Origin: Longimicrobiales bacterium
Lineage (GTDB): Bacteria > Gemmatimonadota > Gemmatimonadetes > Longimicrobiales > Gaopeijiaceae
DNA length: 64,000 nucleotides
Reading direction: 5' to 3'
Assembly (NCBI GenBank): GCA_963422615.1
Contig: OY730414.1
Coordinates: 1,844,302-1,908,301, forward strand
Shown: piece after piece, positions 29,060 to 38,681 of the stretch
Layout: each line of letters begins with the position of its first letter
Numbering within the stretch: the first letter of the stretch is position 1
Position numbers and translations under genes: made by a program
Notes under the pieces: model-generated
The model's database searches: none
Seen by the model: only the letters and a program-made list of their open reading frames with translations
Told to the model about the DNA's origin: nothing

Positions 29060-30988
29060 CTAACGACGCTCCAATCCGGTCGGGAGCGCCTCCGACGGCG
29101 GTTCCGGATCCGGGGCGAGAACGGCGAAACGGCGGCGGCGCTGGACCGGGGAGCGGCCCGGGACAGAGGCTTCCACCACAAGGTCGTAGGTCCCGGGATC
29201 AAGACCCGGCAGACGGATTCGAAAAGCACGGAAGAAGGGCTGGGGCCGATCCGGCCCGGGCTCTTCCCACGCCACGACGACTTCGTCCGGCGGCTGCCCG
29301 AACCCCAGGCGTCGCAACATTCGGGTAACCCATCCTTCGTCTTTTCCTTCCACCCAGGCCCGAAACCCGACGACCTCCGACCGGAAACCCAGACCGTAGA
29401 TTTCGAAAGCCACACCCAACGCCTCATGGGCTCCGACATTCGGTGTCGCCCTCAAGGATTCGACCATCGCCGCAAAGTGGAGGGGTTCCCTCCCCAAGGC
29501 CGCCGACTCCCGGTTCGGCAATTCGCCTCCCACGGCCTCTTGCCCCCGGGGCCTCTCCCGTTCCGCTGCCGCTTCTCCCTTCGCGGGTCCTCCCGACCCG
29601 TCCGCCCCTTCCCCGGTGGGCTCCAAGAGCATCAGGTCGGAAATGGCCAAGACATCCGGAGGGATCGGCCTCAATGGCACGCCACTGCGAAAACGGTAGG
29701 CGCTTCGAAGCCCCGGTATCCAGACCTCGAAGCTCACGATTCCCCAATCGGAACCCGGGGCCCGCCCGGAGAGCCGCACCGGCCGGTTTGCGGCCGCCGG
29801 GGTACGAACGTCCAGCGCCAGCACGCCGTCGCTTTCCAGGAACAGCCCCGCCTCTCCCTCCTTAGGAACGGGGGAATCGGCGTCGAGGACGGGCACCCGG
29901 GCGGACGCGGCGATGACGACCCCATCGGGCCGCCAGAACCGTCCCATCTGCCCTTCCAGCGCACCCAGGGAGTCAAGATACGGAGGGAGATACTTGCTCT
30001 GGGCATGGCCGGGCGCCAGCTCCCAAACGACAGGAGTGTCGCTTTGGGTGCCGTCTAGTGGGGGACCCAGGACCTCCCGGGGAGGAAAGGTCCTGAGGGC
30101 GCCGGGAAGGTCGCGCCCGATCACGCTGGAAGACATCCGACTCCCTCCGGGCCAGGACCGCTCCCAAGCCACGGACCATCCATAACGAACGAGGACTTCC
30201 GTCAGGTCCCGGCCCCACCTCATCTGGTGAGGGCTCCTCGATTCTTCGGAACTCATGGCGTAGGTCCAGCGACCAAGGTGTCCGGTCCACCTGTCATTGG
30301 CTTCAACCAGAAAGAGCGGGTCCGCCAGCATCCAGAGCCGTGCCACCCCCCGGATTGAGTCGGGCTGTTTCGCAAGCCAGTGTCGGGTATCGCGGTCCAG
30401 AACGGGATCCGGTCCGACCCATACGGACCGCAACTCCCGAGGCATGGCCGCGAGGGCCCGCCCGAAGGCCACCTCTGCGGCTCCCGTACGCCCTTGGGGG
30501 TGGCGAACCAGGCCCAAGTAGGCGTCGCACCGCCATCGTTGCGGAAGGACACAGGACCCCACCAGGGACCCGGCGTCGGTCAGCCGACCCGCCTCCGCCA
30601 GGTAGCGGACGCGCTGGCCGAAAATCCAGTGATCGCCGGGAATTGCTTCGGCGAGAACCGAAAGGGAGGCAAGCAGCTCTCCGCGCGCGCTTTCGACCGC
30701 TTCCGGCTCCTCGGCCGGGGGAATGGCCGCATCCCCTTCATCCCAAACGCACAGGCGACCGACCACCTCATCGCACGGGCCTTCCCCACCCCGGATTCGG
30801 GTGCGGGGGAGTTCCCGGGCGCGACGCCGCTCGAAGCGAGCTTGGAGTTCTCGAGCCTCCCGGCGAAGGCTACCGGAATCCGGAGCGGCTTGCCGAAGAA
30901 CAGGCGGGCCCAGATACCCCGGGGAGGCGGGAGGTCGGACGGTCGGCACGTTCGACAAGACGACGGCGAGGGTGATGGAGAAAAACAT
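29060..30988 (-). CDS. hypothetical exported protein
   Basis: Long ORF filling the gap; hydrophobic N-terminus from ATG 30988; helical TPR-like segment with Cys pairs. Confidence 0.65.
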   Translation of the reverse strand: MFFSITLAVVLSNVPTVRPPASPGYLGPPVLRQAAPDSGSLRREARELQARFERRRARELPRTRIRGGEGPCDEVVGRLCVWDEGDAAIPPAEEPEAVESARGELLASLSVLAEAIPGDHWIFGQRVRYLAEAGRLTDAGSLVGSCVLPQRWRCDAYLGLVRHPQGRTGAAEVAFGRALAAMPRELRSVWVGPDPVLDRDTRHWLAKQPDSIRGVARLWMLADPLFLVEANDRWTGHLGRWTYAMSSEESRSPHQMRWGRDLTEVLVRYGWSVAWERSWPGGSRMSSSVIGRDLPGALRTFPPREVLGPPLDGTQSDTPVVWELAPGHAQSKYLPPYLDSLGALEGQMGRFWRPDGVVIAASARVPVLDADSPVPKEGEAGLFLESDGVLALDVRTPAAANRPVRLSGRAPGSDWGIVSFEVWIPGLRSAYRFRSGVPLRPIPPDVLAISDLMLLEPTGEGADGSGGPAKGEAAAERERPRGQEAVGGELPNRESAALGREPLHFAAMVESLRATPNVGAHEALGVAFEIYGLGFRSEVVGFRAWVEGKDEGWVTRMLRRLGFGQPPDEVVVAWEEPGPDRPQPFFRAFRIRLPGLDPGTYDLVVEASVPGRSPVQRRRRFAVLAPDPEPPSEALPTGLERR

Positions 30989-31143
30989 TGTCTGTCGACA
31001 GTTCGTACGCTTCCAGGTTAGGATCCACGGGAAACCGCCGGGGCGGCCCGGAACGGCGGGACGAAGTTCACCGGGGTGCCCCGGCACCGGAACACCCCCC
31101 GTTGCCCGGAACGTGACGGCGGACGGTCCCATCCAGCGAGAAC

Positions 31144-31572
31144 ATGGACACAACAAAGCCGGCGGCGAAAGAAGCTAGGAAGAAGTCCGGTGTCGTCGCA
31201 TCCCAGGGCGTGACCCTCCGGGACTTCCTGGTTTTTCAGGTGAAGCTGGCCCTGGAAGGCTTCAAGGACTTTCTGGCGATCAACCTTTCCATCGTCGCGA
31301 TCATCATCGATCTCCTCACCGGGCGCGGGCGGCGTCCCCGGCGCTTCTACTCCATCGTCCGTATGAGCCAGACCTTCGACAGGTGGCTGAACCTCCACAA
31401 CATGAAGGCGATGAAAGGGGCGGAGACCGAGCAGCGGGAGGGCTCAGGGGACAGCGAAGCGTCGTCTGCGACGGATGCAGACACCTGGATCCATCAGTTT
31501 GAGGAGCGGGTGCGCCGGGAGGAGGGGATACCGGACAAGCGGAAACAGCGCGGGGAGGATACGGAGTTGTAG
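31144..31572 (+). CDS. hypothetical protein with one hydrophobic segment
   Basis: 142-aa ORF with protein-like composition (LRDFLVFQVKLALEGFKD...FY...DRWLNL). Confidence 0.75.
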   Translation: MDTTKPAAKEARKKSGVVASQGVTLRDFLVFQVKLALEGFKDFLAINLSIVAIIIDLLTGRGRRPRRFYSIVRMSQTFDRWLNLHNMKAMKGAETEQREGSGDSEASSATDADTWIHQFEERVRREEGIPDKRKQRGEDTEL

Positions 31573-31600
31573 CTGCATGCCCGAAACTTCCGGGCCCAAG

Positions 31601-31671
31601 TTGGCCCGGGTGGATTCGAACCACCACCGCCGGTTCCAAAGACCGGTGTCCTGCCATTAGACGACGGGCCA
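31601..31671 (-). tRNA. tRNA-Gln(TTG), CCA not encoded
   Basis: TGGCCCG acceptor stem, anticodon loop CTTTGGA, GGTTCGAATCC T-arm; follows ispE. Confidence 0.96.
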
Positions 31672-31680
31672 GTGATCCGA

Positions 31681-31710
31681 ACCCTAGCAGAGGATCCCTA
31701 CCGGATTCAA
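31681..31710 (-). promoter_or_regulatory. probable promoter of tRNA-Gln
   Basis: TTGAAT-N18-TAGGGT with upstream TG. Confidence 0.45.
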
Positions 31711-31847
31711 CCCCACAGGACGGATTCCACTTCCTCCCCGGGCTTTCGAAATTCAACCTTCGGCCCGCGATCGCGGACCCCCGTTCCTTCCCAATCTTGA
31801 GCTCGAAGAAGCGGGAACATATGTTTACCCTTTGGGTCCGGAAGCGC

Positions 31848-32825
31848 TCAAGCCCCCGTACACGGCGGACAAGCGCAAGTTTGACCGGTGGAACGTCGCG
31901 GCTGGGCCCCGACGACGACGCGAGCCGGCATCGCAGTCAAGGTGGGAACCACCAGCACGGCGGAGACCCCGGCCATGGCACGAAGGCGCGCCGCTCCCCG
32001 CTCTACATCCCCCCCTCTTCCAGTGGGAAAGACCCCGAAGACGGCCGAGCCGCTTCCCGTGAGACGAGCCACCACCGCGCCCGCTTCCGCCAGGGCGGCC
32101 CGAGCCTTCGCCAAGAGAGGAATCCGCCGGAAGATCACGCCCTCGAAGTCGTTCTCCTGGAGGGGGGCAAGGGTCATCCATTCTCCCGATTCCGGCCCTA
32201 GGAACTGGAACGAGGGAACCGGCAACTTCAGTTTCCTGGACGCCTCCCGGTACGCGGCACCGGTCCGGACCCGCTCCCGCGGAATCGCGACCACGACTTG
32301 GGCGGCCGGCGGGGGGCGACAGGTCAACAGCCGGTCACCCCGCCCCCACGCCAGAGCGGCAGGCGCCCCGGTGCAGAAGAAGGGCACATCCGCCCCGATG
32401 CATCCGCCGAGCCGGATCAGCTCCTCGGCCCGGAGGGGTTCGCCATACATGGCGTTGAGGGCCATGAGGGCTCCCGCGGCGTCCGACGAACCACCGCCCA
32501 GTCCGGTTCCCGCTGGAATAGACTTGGTGAGCACGATGGAGACCGCCGCCTCGATCCCGGTGGCGCGGAAAAAGGCCCGGGCAGATCGGACGACGGTGTT
32601 GTCTTCCGGCGCTCCCAGGTCCTCGGGGGGCTCGTCAAGTCCGGGAACGTTCTTCTGCCTGACTTCAAAACCGATCCCCTCGGCTCCGTTCCGAACCTCC
32701 ACTCGGTCGTAGAGCCCAATGGCCAGAAAGAAGGTTTCGATCTGGTGGTGACCCGATTCCTCTCGCGCCAAGATTCGCAGAAACAGGTTCACTTTGGCGG
32801 GACATGCCACCGATACCGTCGTCAA
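31848..32825 (-). CDS. ispE: 4-diphosphocytidyl-2-C-methyl-D-erythritol kinase
   Basis: PAKVNLFL, IPAGTGLGGGSSDAA, GADVPF, TGSGS; TTG start overlaps upstream stop. Confidence 0.95.
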   Translation of the reverse strand: MTTVSVACPAKVNLFLRILAREESGHHQIETFFLAIGLYDRVEVRNGAEGIGFEVRQKNVPGLDEPPEDLGAPEDNTVVRSARAFFRATGIEAAVSIVLTKSIPAGTGLGGGSSDAAGALMALNAMYGEPLRAEELIRLGGCIGADVPFFCTGAPAALAWGRGDRLLTCRPPPAAQVVVAIPRERVRTGAAYREASRKLKLPVPSFQFLGPESGEWMTLAPLQENDFEGVIFRRIPLLAKARAALAEAGAVVARLTGSGSAVFGVFPTGRGGDVERGAARLRAMAGVSAVLVVPTLTAMPARVVVGAQPRRSTGQTCACPPCTGA

Positions 32826-33856
32826 GGTAGGTCCGCACCTGGCCGGTTCCTCCCGGAGGAGCCCTGCCCCGAAATGTCTTTGAGCGAAACGCCCAGGCGG
32901 CGAGCATACCACAAGCCCATCAAGGTGATGGGGAAGAAGCTTCCCAAGTGCCAACCGACGGCGAATCCGAGGGCAGGCGCGGTCGCTACACCATAGACGT
33001 TCACGAGAGCGATCTTGGCCCCGGCCTGGAGGGTGCCGAAATATCCGGGAGCCGCGGGCACGGTAACGGCCAAGGCAATGGTCGCGTTCGTGAACAGGGC
33101 GGCGGTATAGGGAAGGCGGATATCGAAGGCCAGAAATCCGATCCAGAACGAGAGAGACTGGAGGGCCCATAACCCCAGGCTCCAGAGCAGAGCCGGGAGG
33201 AACAAGCGCCACCCCCGCAGGGAGGCAAGCCCTTCGACAAAGCCGGTCATGGCGGCCACGAGGCTTGCAGCTCGGCGAGCCGACAGCCGCCGTTTTGCCA
33301 CCCGGCGGAAGACCTCTACGCTTCCGCCCGGAAAGAAGATGAGAAGGACCGTACCGGCGAGGATAAGCCCGAGAAGCAAGGAAACGGTTCGAATGCCTTG
33401 GACCACGGGTCCCGGAAGGGCGTCGGCCGGGAAACCCGGGCTCCCCACTGCTACAAAGAGGAGAATCAGAATGGCCACGCCGTCCATGAAACGTTCAACC
33501 ACCAAGGTCGCAAAGGCGGAAGTGGCAGAAACCGGCTCCAAGCGGCTGTAGGCGAAGGCACGGGCGAATTCGCCGACCCGTCCCGTCGGCAGAAGGTTGT
33601 TGGCCATGAAGCCGGTGCACACCGCGGCGAAACGGGAGCGAAAGGGGCTGCGGGGCTGGACGGGCGCCAGGTAGAATCGCCAGCGCACCGCTCGAACCGC
33701 GAAACCGGCGGTCGTGACCGCGACGGCAAGGGACAGGAGGACGACGTCGGCTCCCCGAATTCGGCTCCAGACTTCCTCCGGATTCTCGTTCCTGAAGAGC
33801 CACCAAATCAGGAACGCCGCGATGCCCAGCCCAAGGAGCGGCTTCCAGAAACGCAT
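32822..33856 (-). CDS. lysylphosphatidylglycerol synthase TM / flippase-like membrane protein (UPF0104)
   Basis: RAVRW, ANNLLP.GRVGE..R, ERFMDG, P.APG..G; multiple TM helices. Confidence 0.88.
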   Translation of the reverse strand: MRFWKPLLGLGIAAFLIWWLFRNENPEEVWSRIRGADVVLLSLAVAVTTAGFAVRAVRWRFYLAPVQPRSPFRSRFAAVCTGFMANNLLPTGRVGEFARAFAYSRLEPVSATSAFATLVVERFMDGVAILILLFVAVGSPGFPADALPGPVVQGIRTVSLLLGLILAGTVLLIFFPGGSVEVFRRVAKRRLSARRAASLVAAMTGFVEGLASLRGWRLFLPALLWSLGLWALQSLSFWIGFLAFDIRLPYTAALFTNATIALAVTVPAAPGYFGTLQAGAKIALVNVYGVATAPALGFAVGWHLGSFFPITLMGLWYARRLGVSLKDISGQGSSGRNRPGADLP

Positions 33857-33886
33857 CAAGGCAAAGGTGCGCAGAACGGACGGGCC

Positions 33887-34657
33887 TCAGAACCCCAGGG
33901 GCGGAATCCAGTCGCCGGGCCGACGAACCCGGGCCGGACCCTGGGTCACGATCTCCTTCATCTCCCGGACCGCTCGTTCCAGCCCCACGAAGACGGACCT
34001 ACTGATCACGCTGTGGCCAATGTTCAGCTCCTCTAGATGGGGCAACGCCGCGACGGGCACGACATTTTCGTACGTGAGTCCATGTCCGGCGTGAACCGCC
34101 AGCCCCACCGCGTGCCCATGGACGGCGGCGTCCGCCAGGCGGGTCAGCTGGGCGGCCCTTTCCCTCCCTCTCGGCGCGTTGGCGTATTCTCCCGTGTGCA
34201 GTTCGACGGCGTTCGCGCCCAGCCCGACCGAATGGTCCAGCGCCTCCCGATCCGGATCCACAAATAGAGAGGTTCGAATCCCTCGGGATTCAAGGCGCCG
34301 GAGGGCGGAGTGCACCGCACTCTGCACGGACTCCGAAGCCAGATCGAGGCCCCCTTCCGTGGTCACTTCCTCCCTCTTCTCGGGGACCAGGGTAGCCTGT
34401 ATCGGCCCCAGTTCCACCGCCAGGTCGACGACGGATTCGGACGCCGCCAGCTCGAAGTTGACGCCGGTGCGAACCGTTTCCGCCAGGAGGTACACATCCC
34501 GATCCTGTATGTGGCGCCTGTCTTCCCTCAGGTGAATGGTGATGCCGTCCGCGCCTCCCAGCTCGGCAAGGACAGCCGCCCGGACCGGATCCGGTTCGTC
34601 GGTGCGGCGAGCCTGCCGCACCGTTGCCACGTGGTCGATGTTGATGTAGAGCCTCAT
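33887..34657 (-). CDS. pdxJ: pyridoxine 5'-phosphate synthase
   Basis: [39 protein letters not shown]. Confidence 0.97.
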   Translation of the reverse strand: MRLYINIDHVATVRQARRTDEPDPVRAAVLAELGGADGITIHLREDRRHIQDRDVYLLAETVRTGVNFELAASESVVDLAVELGPIQATLVPEKREEVTTEGGLDLASESVQSAVHSALRRLESRGIRTSLFVDPDREALDHSVGLGANAVELHTGEYANAPRGRERAAQLTRLADAAVHGHAVGLAVHAGHGLTYENVVPVAALPHLEELNIGHSVISRSVFVGLERAVREMKEIVTQGPARVRRPGDWIPPLGF

Positions 34658-34866
34658 GCTGTCGATTCCCCCTCCCAAACGGTCAACTGCCGCGACGAAG
34701 CCCCTTCGCGGGCATTCCACCACCATTGTCCGGGCCGCAGGAGAAGCTCAACCTCATCAACCCAGCGCCCGTTCTGGCAGTGTACAAGGATTTCGGTTTG
34801 ACTCAACCGCACCGGCGTCCCGAATGGATGACCTCCGCGTTCCGCACAGGGGCCGGGTGGGTTTCC

Positions 34867-36159
34867 TCACGTAATGCGCACGCCGTCCCGGGTGCCCAAA
34901 CGGCCGACCAGGGCCGCCGACCCCCGAACCACGACCCGCACCCTCCCTCCCACCTGAACGCGAGACAACACCTCCCCCTCCCTGTACAGCGCGGCCAGGG
35001 TACTTCCGTCTCCCGCCGGAAACTCAACCTGAACCTGCTTCATCCGGTCCCGAATCCGGGCCGCCAGCATTTCACGAAGGGGTGTCATTGTCGCCGGCGC
35101 CCTGGCAGACGTGAAGACGGCCGGGTGTTTCCGGGACCCGAGGGTTCGCCTCTTCAGCGCTAGAAGATCTCCACCGTCCAGAAGGTCGATCTTGTGAAAC
35201 ACCCGGACCCGGGGACGCCCTTCCAGCCCCAGCTCATCCAGAACCCATCGAACGACCCGCCTCTGAGCTTCCCGATCCGGGTGCGACGAATCAATTACGT
35301 GGAGCACAACGTCGGCTTCCCGGGCTTCTTCCAACGTGGAACGGAAGGACGCGACCAAGTGGTGAGGGAGTTTGCGAATGAATCCAACCGTGTCGGTGAC
35401 CAGGGCCTCGTGTCCGCCGTCCAGGGTCACAAGACGGGTCGAGGGGTCCAGGGTCGCGAACAGCTGGTCTTCCACGAACTGCTTCGCTCCCGAAAGGGCC
35501 TGAAGCAGAGATGACTTCCCTGCGTTGGTGTACCCGACCAGGGCCGCCCTGAATCGCCCCGTCCGACCCTTCCGCTGCGTGGCCCGGGCCCGGGCGACAT
35601 CCTTCATCTTGCGGCGCAGTTCCGCAATTCGAATTCCAATGAGTCGACGGTCCGTCTCGAGTTGGGTCTCTCCCGGACCCCGGAGCCCGATGCCGCCCCG
35701 GATCCGGGACAGGTGGCTCCACATCCGCAGCAGCCTGGGCAGCAGGTACTGAAGCTGGGCCAACTCAACCTGCATGCGAGCTTCGTACGTCCTGGCACGC
35801 GTCGCGAAGATATCCAGAATGAGTTCCGCCCGATCCATGATCCGTACTCGGCACAGGTCTTCCAAGTTCTTGCCCTGGGCGGGGGTCAGCTCGTCGTCGA
35901 AGATCACCAAGTCCGCATTCAGCTCCCTCACCCGTTCGGCGAGCTCCCGGGCCTTCCCTTGACCCAGGAAGTAGCGGGGCTGAGGCGATCGCAGCCGCTG
36001 GACCAGGGTTCCGGCAACGATGCCTCCCGCCGTAGCGGTAAGGCGGCCGAGCTCCGCCAGGTGTTTTTCCGCCTCCTCGGGGTGTTCCTGCGTCCGCGGC
36101 GTACCCACCAGAACCGCCCGCTCCAAGGGCACTCTCTGGTCAAGAAGTTGAGTGGGAAT
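34867..36159 (-). CDS. hflX: ribosome-splitting GTPase HflX (probable ATT start)
   Basis: LILDIFA.RA, RGPGETQLETDRR, GYTNAGKS, LFATLD, DTVGFI; start uncertain. Confidence 0.95.
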   Translation of the reverse strand: MPTQLLDQRVPLERAVLVGTPRTQEHPEEAEKHLAELGRLTATAGGIVAGTLVQRLRSPQPRYFLGQGKARELAERVRELNADLVIFDDELTPAQGKNLEDLCRVRIMDRAELILDIFATRARTYEARMQVELAQLQYLLPRLLRMWSHLSRIRGGIGLRGPGETQLETDRRLIGIRIAELRRKMKDVARARATQRKGRTGRFRAALVGYTNAGKSSLLQALSGAKQFVEDQLFATLDPSTRLVTLDGGHEALVTDTVGFIRKLPHHLVASFRSTLEEAREADVVLHVIDSSHPDREAQRRVVRWVLDELGLEGRPRVRVFHKIDLLDGGDLLALKRRTLGSRKHPAVFTSARAPATMTPLREMLAARIRDRMKQVQVEFPAGDGSTLAALYREGEVLSRVQVGGRVRVVVRGSAALVGRLGTRDGVRIT

Positions 36160-36253
36160 AGACGCTACCTCCTCTTTCGCTTCCGCCCCCATTCCGGCAG
36201 GCGCTGCCGGAGGCCGGATTTTCCGCCAGAAGAAAGGGAGCAGAAGCCTTCGC

Positions 36254-37624
36254 TCATCCCGCCGGCCCGCGGTCGACCACGGCCCCCTTCCGATCGTCGC
36301 CACCCCCTTCCCTGACTTCTCCTTCCGAACCCATGGTTTCCGAACCCATGGTCATCTCTGTCGCCAGGTCCATGAGGGCGGCCCGGTTGTTCACCGATGG
36401 ATCTTCCCATACGGCCTGCAGTAGGCGCCGGAGGACGATCCCGATTCCGGGACCGGGGGGCCACCCCAGGCGGAGAAGGTCTCTGCCACGGACCGCCAGG
36501 TCTGCCAAGGACAGGGGAACGCCTGCCCGCAAATCGTCTTCAACGCATTTCATAACCCGTCCGGCGTCGTCCCCACCTTCGGCAGAGGCTCCCGAACCCC
36601 CCAAGGCGGCCCATATACGGAAGACATCCCGAAGTCCGTCTCGACCGATCCCGGCCATCCATCTTCGCCTCTCGACCGGGTCGTCAAGGATGTCCGGATG
36701 CGGGCCGGAACCTCCGTCCACGGCGATGGCAATCCGCTTCACTTCGGCCTTCGAGAATCGAAGCCGGAGCAGAAGGGTGGACACAAAGACCCGGGATGCC
36801 GCCCGACCCAACCCGAAGAGCAACAGGACGGACATGCGAAGGATCGGCTGAAGGGATTTGTCCTCGTCCGGGGAAGATCCGATCGCATCCACGGCGGCGA
36901 GGGCTTCGGGCCCAAGGGGGCGACCCAGCTCCGGCAGAAGTTGCTGCAGCGCTCCGGAACTCCGGTACAGTTCGAGAGCCCGGGAGGGCCTGGCGCACCC
37001 CATGACCTTCATAAGCTCTTCCCGTACCCTTTCCTGGGACAGGTGGGACAGGCCGAATATGGCGTCCACCATCCCGTCCCAGGTGTCGCCGTCGATCTCC
37101 AGACGGAGGGCGCCGGCGAACCTCAACCCCCGGAGCACTCGGAGGTAGTCCTCCCTGAACCGCTGGGACGCAGACCCGACGGTGCGGAGCACACCCGCCC
37201 TCAGGTCCCTCAGCCCACCGTGAGGGTCCCGCAACTCGCACAGTATCGGGTGCCAAGCCATGGCGTTGATGGTGAAGTCGCGGCGAGCCAGGTCTTCCTC
37301 CAGACTGTCGGAAAAGGCAACCGTAGCCTTGCGCCCGCAGGTGGTGATATCCCGGCGAAACGTGGTGACTTCGTACAGGACCCCGTTGCGGCCGAAGATG
37401 CCTACGGTACCGTATTCCGGGCCAAGAGGGACGGTCCGCCGAAACAGCCGCTTCATCTCCTCCGGTCTCGCCCGGGTCGCCAGATCCCAGTCCTCCGAGC
37501 TCCCGCCTCTCTTCAGGATCTCGTCCCTGACGGCCCCTCCCACGGCCCATGTTTCAAAACCCGCGTCTTCAAGCCGTTCTGACAGCTCCCGCACCGCGGC
37601 GGGGACTTCCAACCGGATCCTCAC
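36254..37624 (-). CDS. cca: CCA tRNA nucleotidyltransferase
   Basis: VGGAVRD, DWD, RRDFTINA, EDYLRVLR, ERVREE; C-terminal G.DL...G..PGP.IG. Confidence 0.9.
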   Translation of the reverse strand: MRIRLEVPAAVRELSERLEDAGFETWAVGGAVRDEILKRGGSSEDWDLATRARPEEMKRLFRRTVPLGPEYGTVGIFGRNGVLYEVTTFRRDITTCGRKATVAFSDSLEEDLARRDFTINAMAWHPILCELRDPHGGLRDLRAGVLRTVGSASQRFREDYLRVLRGLRFAGALRLEIDGDTWDGMVDAIFGLSHLSQERVREELMKVMGCARPSRALELYRSSGALQQLLPELGRPLGPEALAAVDAIGSSPDEDKSLQPILRMSVLLLFGLGRAASRVFVSTLLLRLRFSKAEVKRIAIAVDGGSGPHPDILDDPVERRRWMAGIGRDGLRDVFRIWAALGGSGASAEGGDDAGRVMKCVEDDLRAGVPLSLADLAVRGRDLLRLGWPPGPGIGIVLRRLLQAVWEDPSVNNRAALMDLATEMTMGSETMGSEGEVREGGGDDRKGAVVDRGPAG

Positions 37625-38379
37625 CCGGCCAGTACCGCTCCCCCGTTGATGTTCACGATCTCGCCCGTGATGTGACGTGCAAACCGGGAACAGAGCAGGA
37701 CAACGGGACCGGCCACATCCTCGGCCGTGGCCACCCTCCCAAGGGGAATGGCCTCCTTGATGTCCGCCCGGGCGAGGGCGTCAAGAGACATTTCGGTATC
37801 CACCCACCCCGGGGCCACCGCGTTCACCGTGATGTCCCGTCCACCCACCTCCACACACAGCCCCTTGACCAAGGAAATGATCGCTCCCTTGGTCGCCGCG
37901 TAGTCCCCGTGGTATGCCTCTCCCCGCTGCCCCGCAGTGGACGCCACGAGAACGACGCGTCCCCCGACACCGATGCGCCGCAAGGCTTCTCGGGTTGAAT
38001 AGAAGATGGAGTTCAGGTTCACGGCGAGGGTCCGGTGCCAGCGGTCATGATCCATTTCCGCCAGCGGGACGTCTTCAACGGGCCAGATTCCTGCGTTCCC
38101 CACGAAGACATCCAGGCCTCCGAATGCAGAATCCACGCGGCCGAACAGCCGGTCCACGGTCCTTGGATCCGCCAAGTCCCCACCCTCCGCCCAGCCCTTC
38201 ACTCCTGCTCCCTCCACCGCGCTTACCACCTCCAGCGCCTCGGCTCTGCGGCGATGATAGGAAATCCCTACGTTGGCCCCGGCCCGCGCAAAAAGCCGGG
38301 CGGCAGCGGCACCGATCCCCCTGGAACCTCCCGTTACGAGGACCCGCTTCCCCGCCAATCCCAGGTCCAGCCCGCTCAC
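37621..38379 (-). CDS. SDR family oxidoreductase (FabG-like)
   Basis: TGGSRGIG, NAG, YAATK, VAPG.VDT. Confidence 0.92.
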   Translation of the reverse strand: MSGLDLGLAGKRVLVTGGSRGIGAAAARLFARAGANVGISYHRRRAEALEVVSAVEGAGVKGWAEGGDLADPRTVDRLFGRVDSAFGGLDVFVGNAGIWPVEDVPLAEMDHDRWHRTLAVNLNSIFYSTREALRRIGVGGRVVLVASTAGQRGEAYHGDYAATKGAIISLVKGLCVEVGGRDITVNAVAPGWVDTEMSLDALARADIKEAIPLGRVATAEDVAGPVVLLCSRFARHITGEIVNINGGAVLAG

Positions 38380-38681
38380 GCCAGTGCCTGTCTCCCGCCC
38401 AGCTCCGCGGTCCGCCTCGCGATCTTGCGGAGCTCCTCCGCGGTGCCGCCCTCCGACAGCGTCCACAGACACGCGTAGGTAATGTACGCGTCGGCTGCGA
38501 GGAGCGAAAAAGCAGCGGCCTGGTCCTTCGGATCCCCTTCCAAGCACGCCCGTATTCCAGCGTCCGCTGCGGCCAGAAAACCACGGAGGGAGACGGGGCT
38601 GCCGGCTTGCACTTGCAGATACGGTCGAAATGCCTCGGGTACCGGGGGATTTCGCGCCTCAATCCATTCGCCGACGTTCAT
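38376..38681 (-). CDS. hypothetical protein
   Basis: MNVGEWIEARNPPVP...LLAADAYITYAC; 4-nt overlaps with alaS and the SDR gene. Confidence 0.7.
   Translation of the reverse strand: MNVGEWIEARNPPVPEAFRPYLQVQAGSPVSLRGFLAAADAGIRACLEGDPKDQAAAFSLLAADAYITYACLWTLSEGGTAEELRKIARRTAELGGRQALA

Noticed and set aside
31144..31671. tRNA-anchored mobile island
   Set aside because: No integrase and no duplicated tRNA 3' end seen
31815..31826. GAACATATGTTT, resembling a GAAC-N4-GTTC SOS box
   Set aside because: One mismatch, not before a repair gene, and no such box seen upstream of recA
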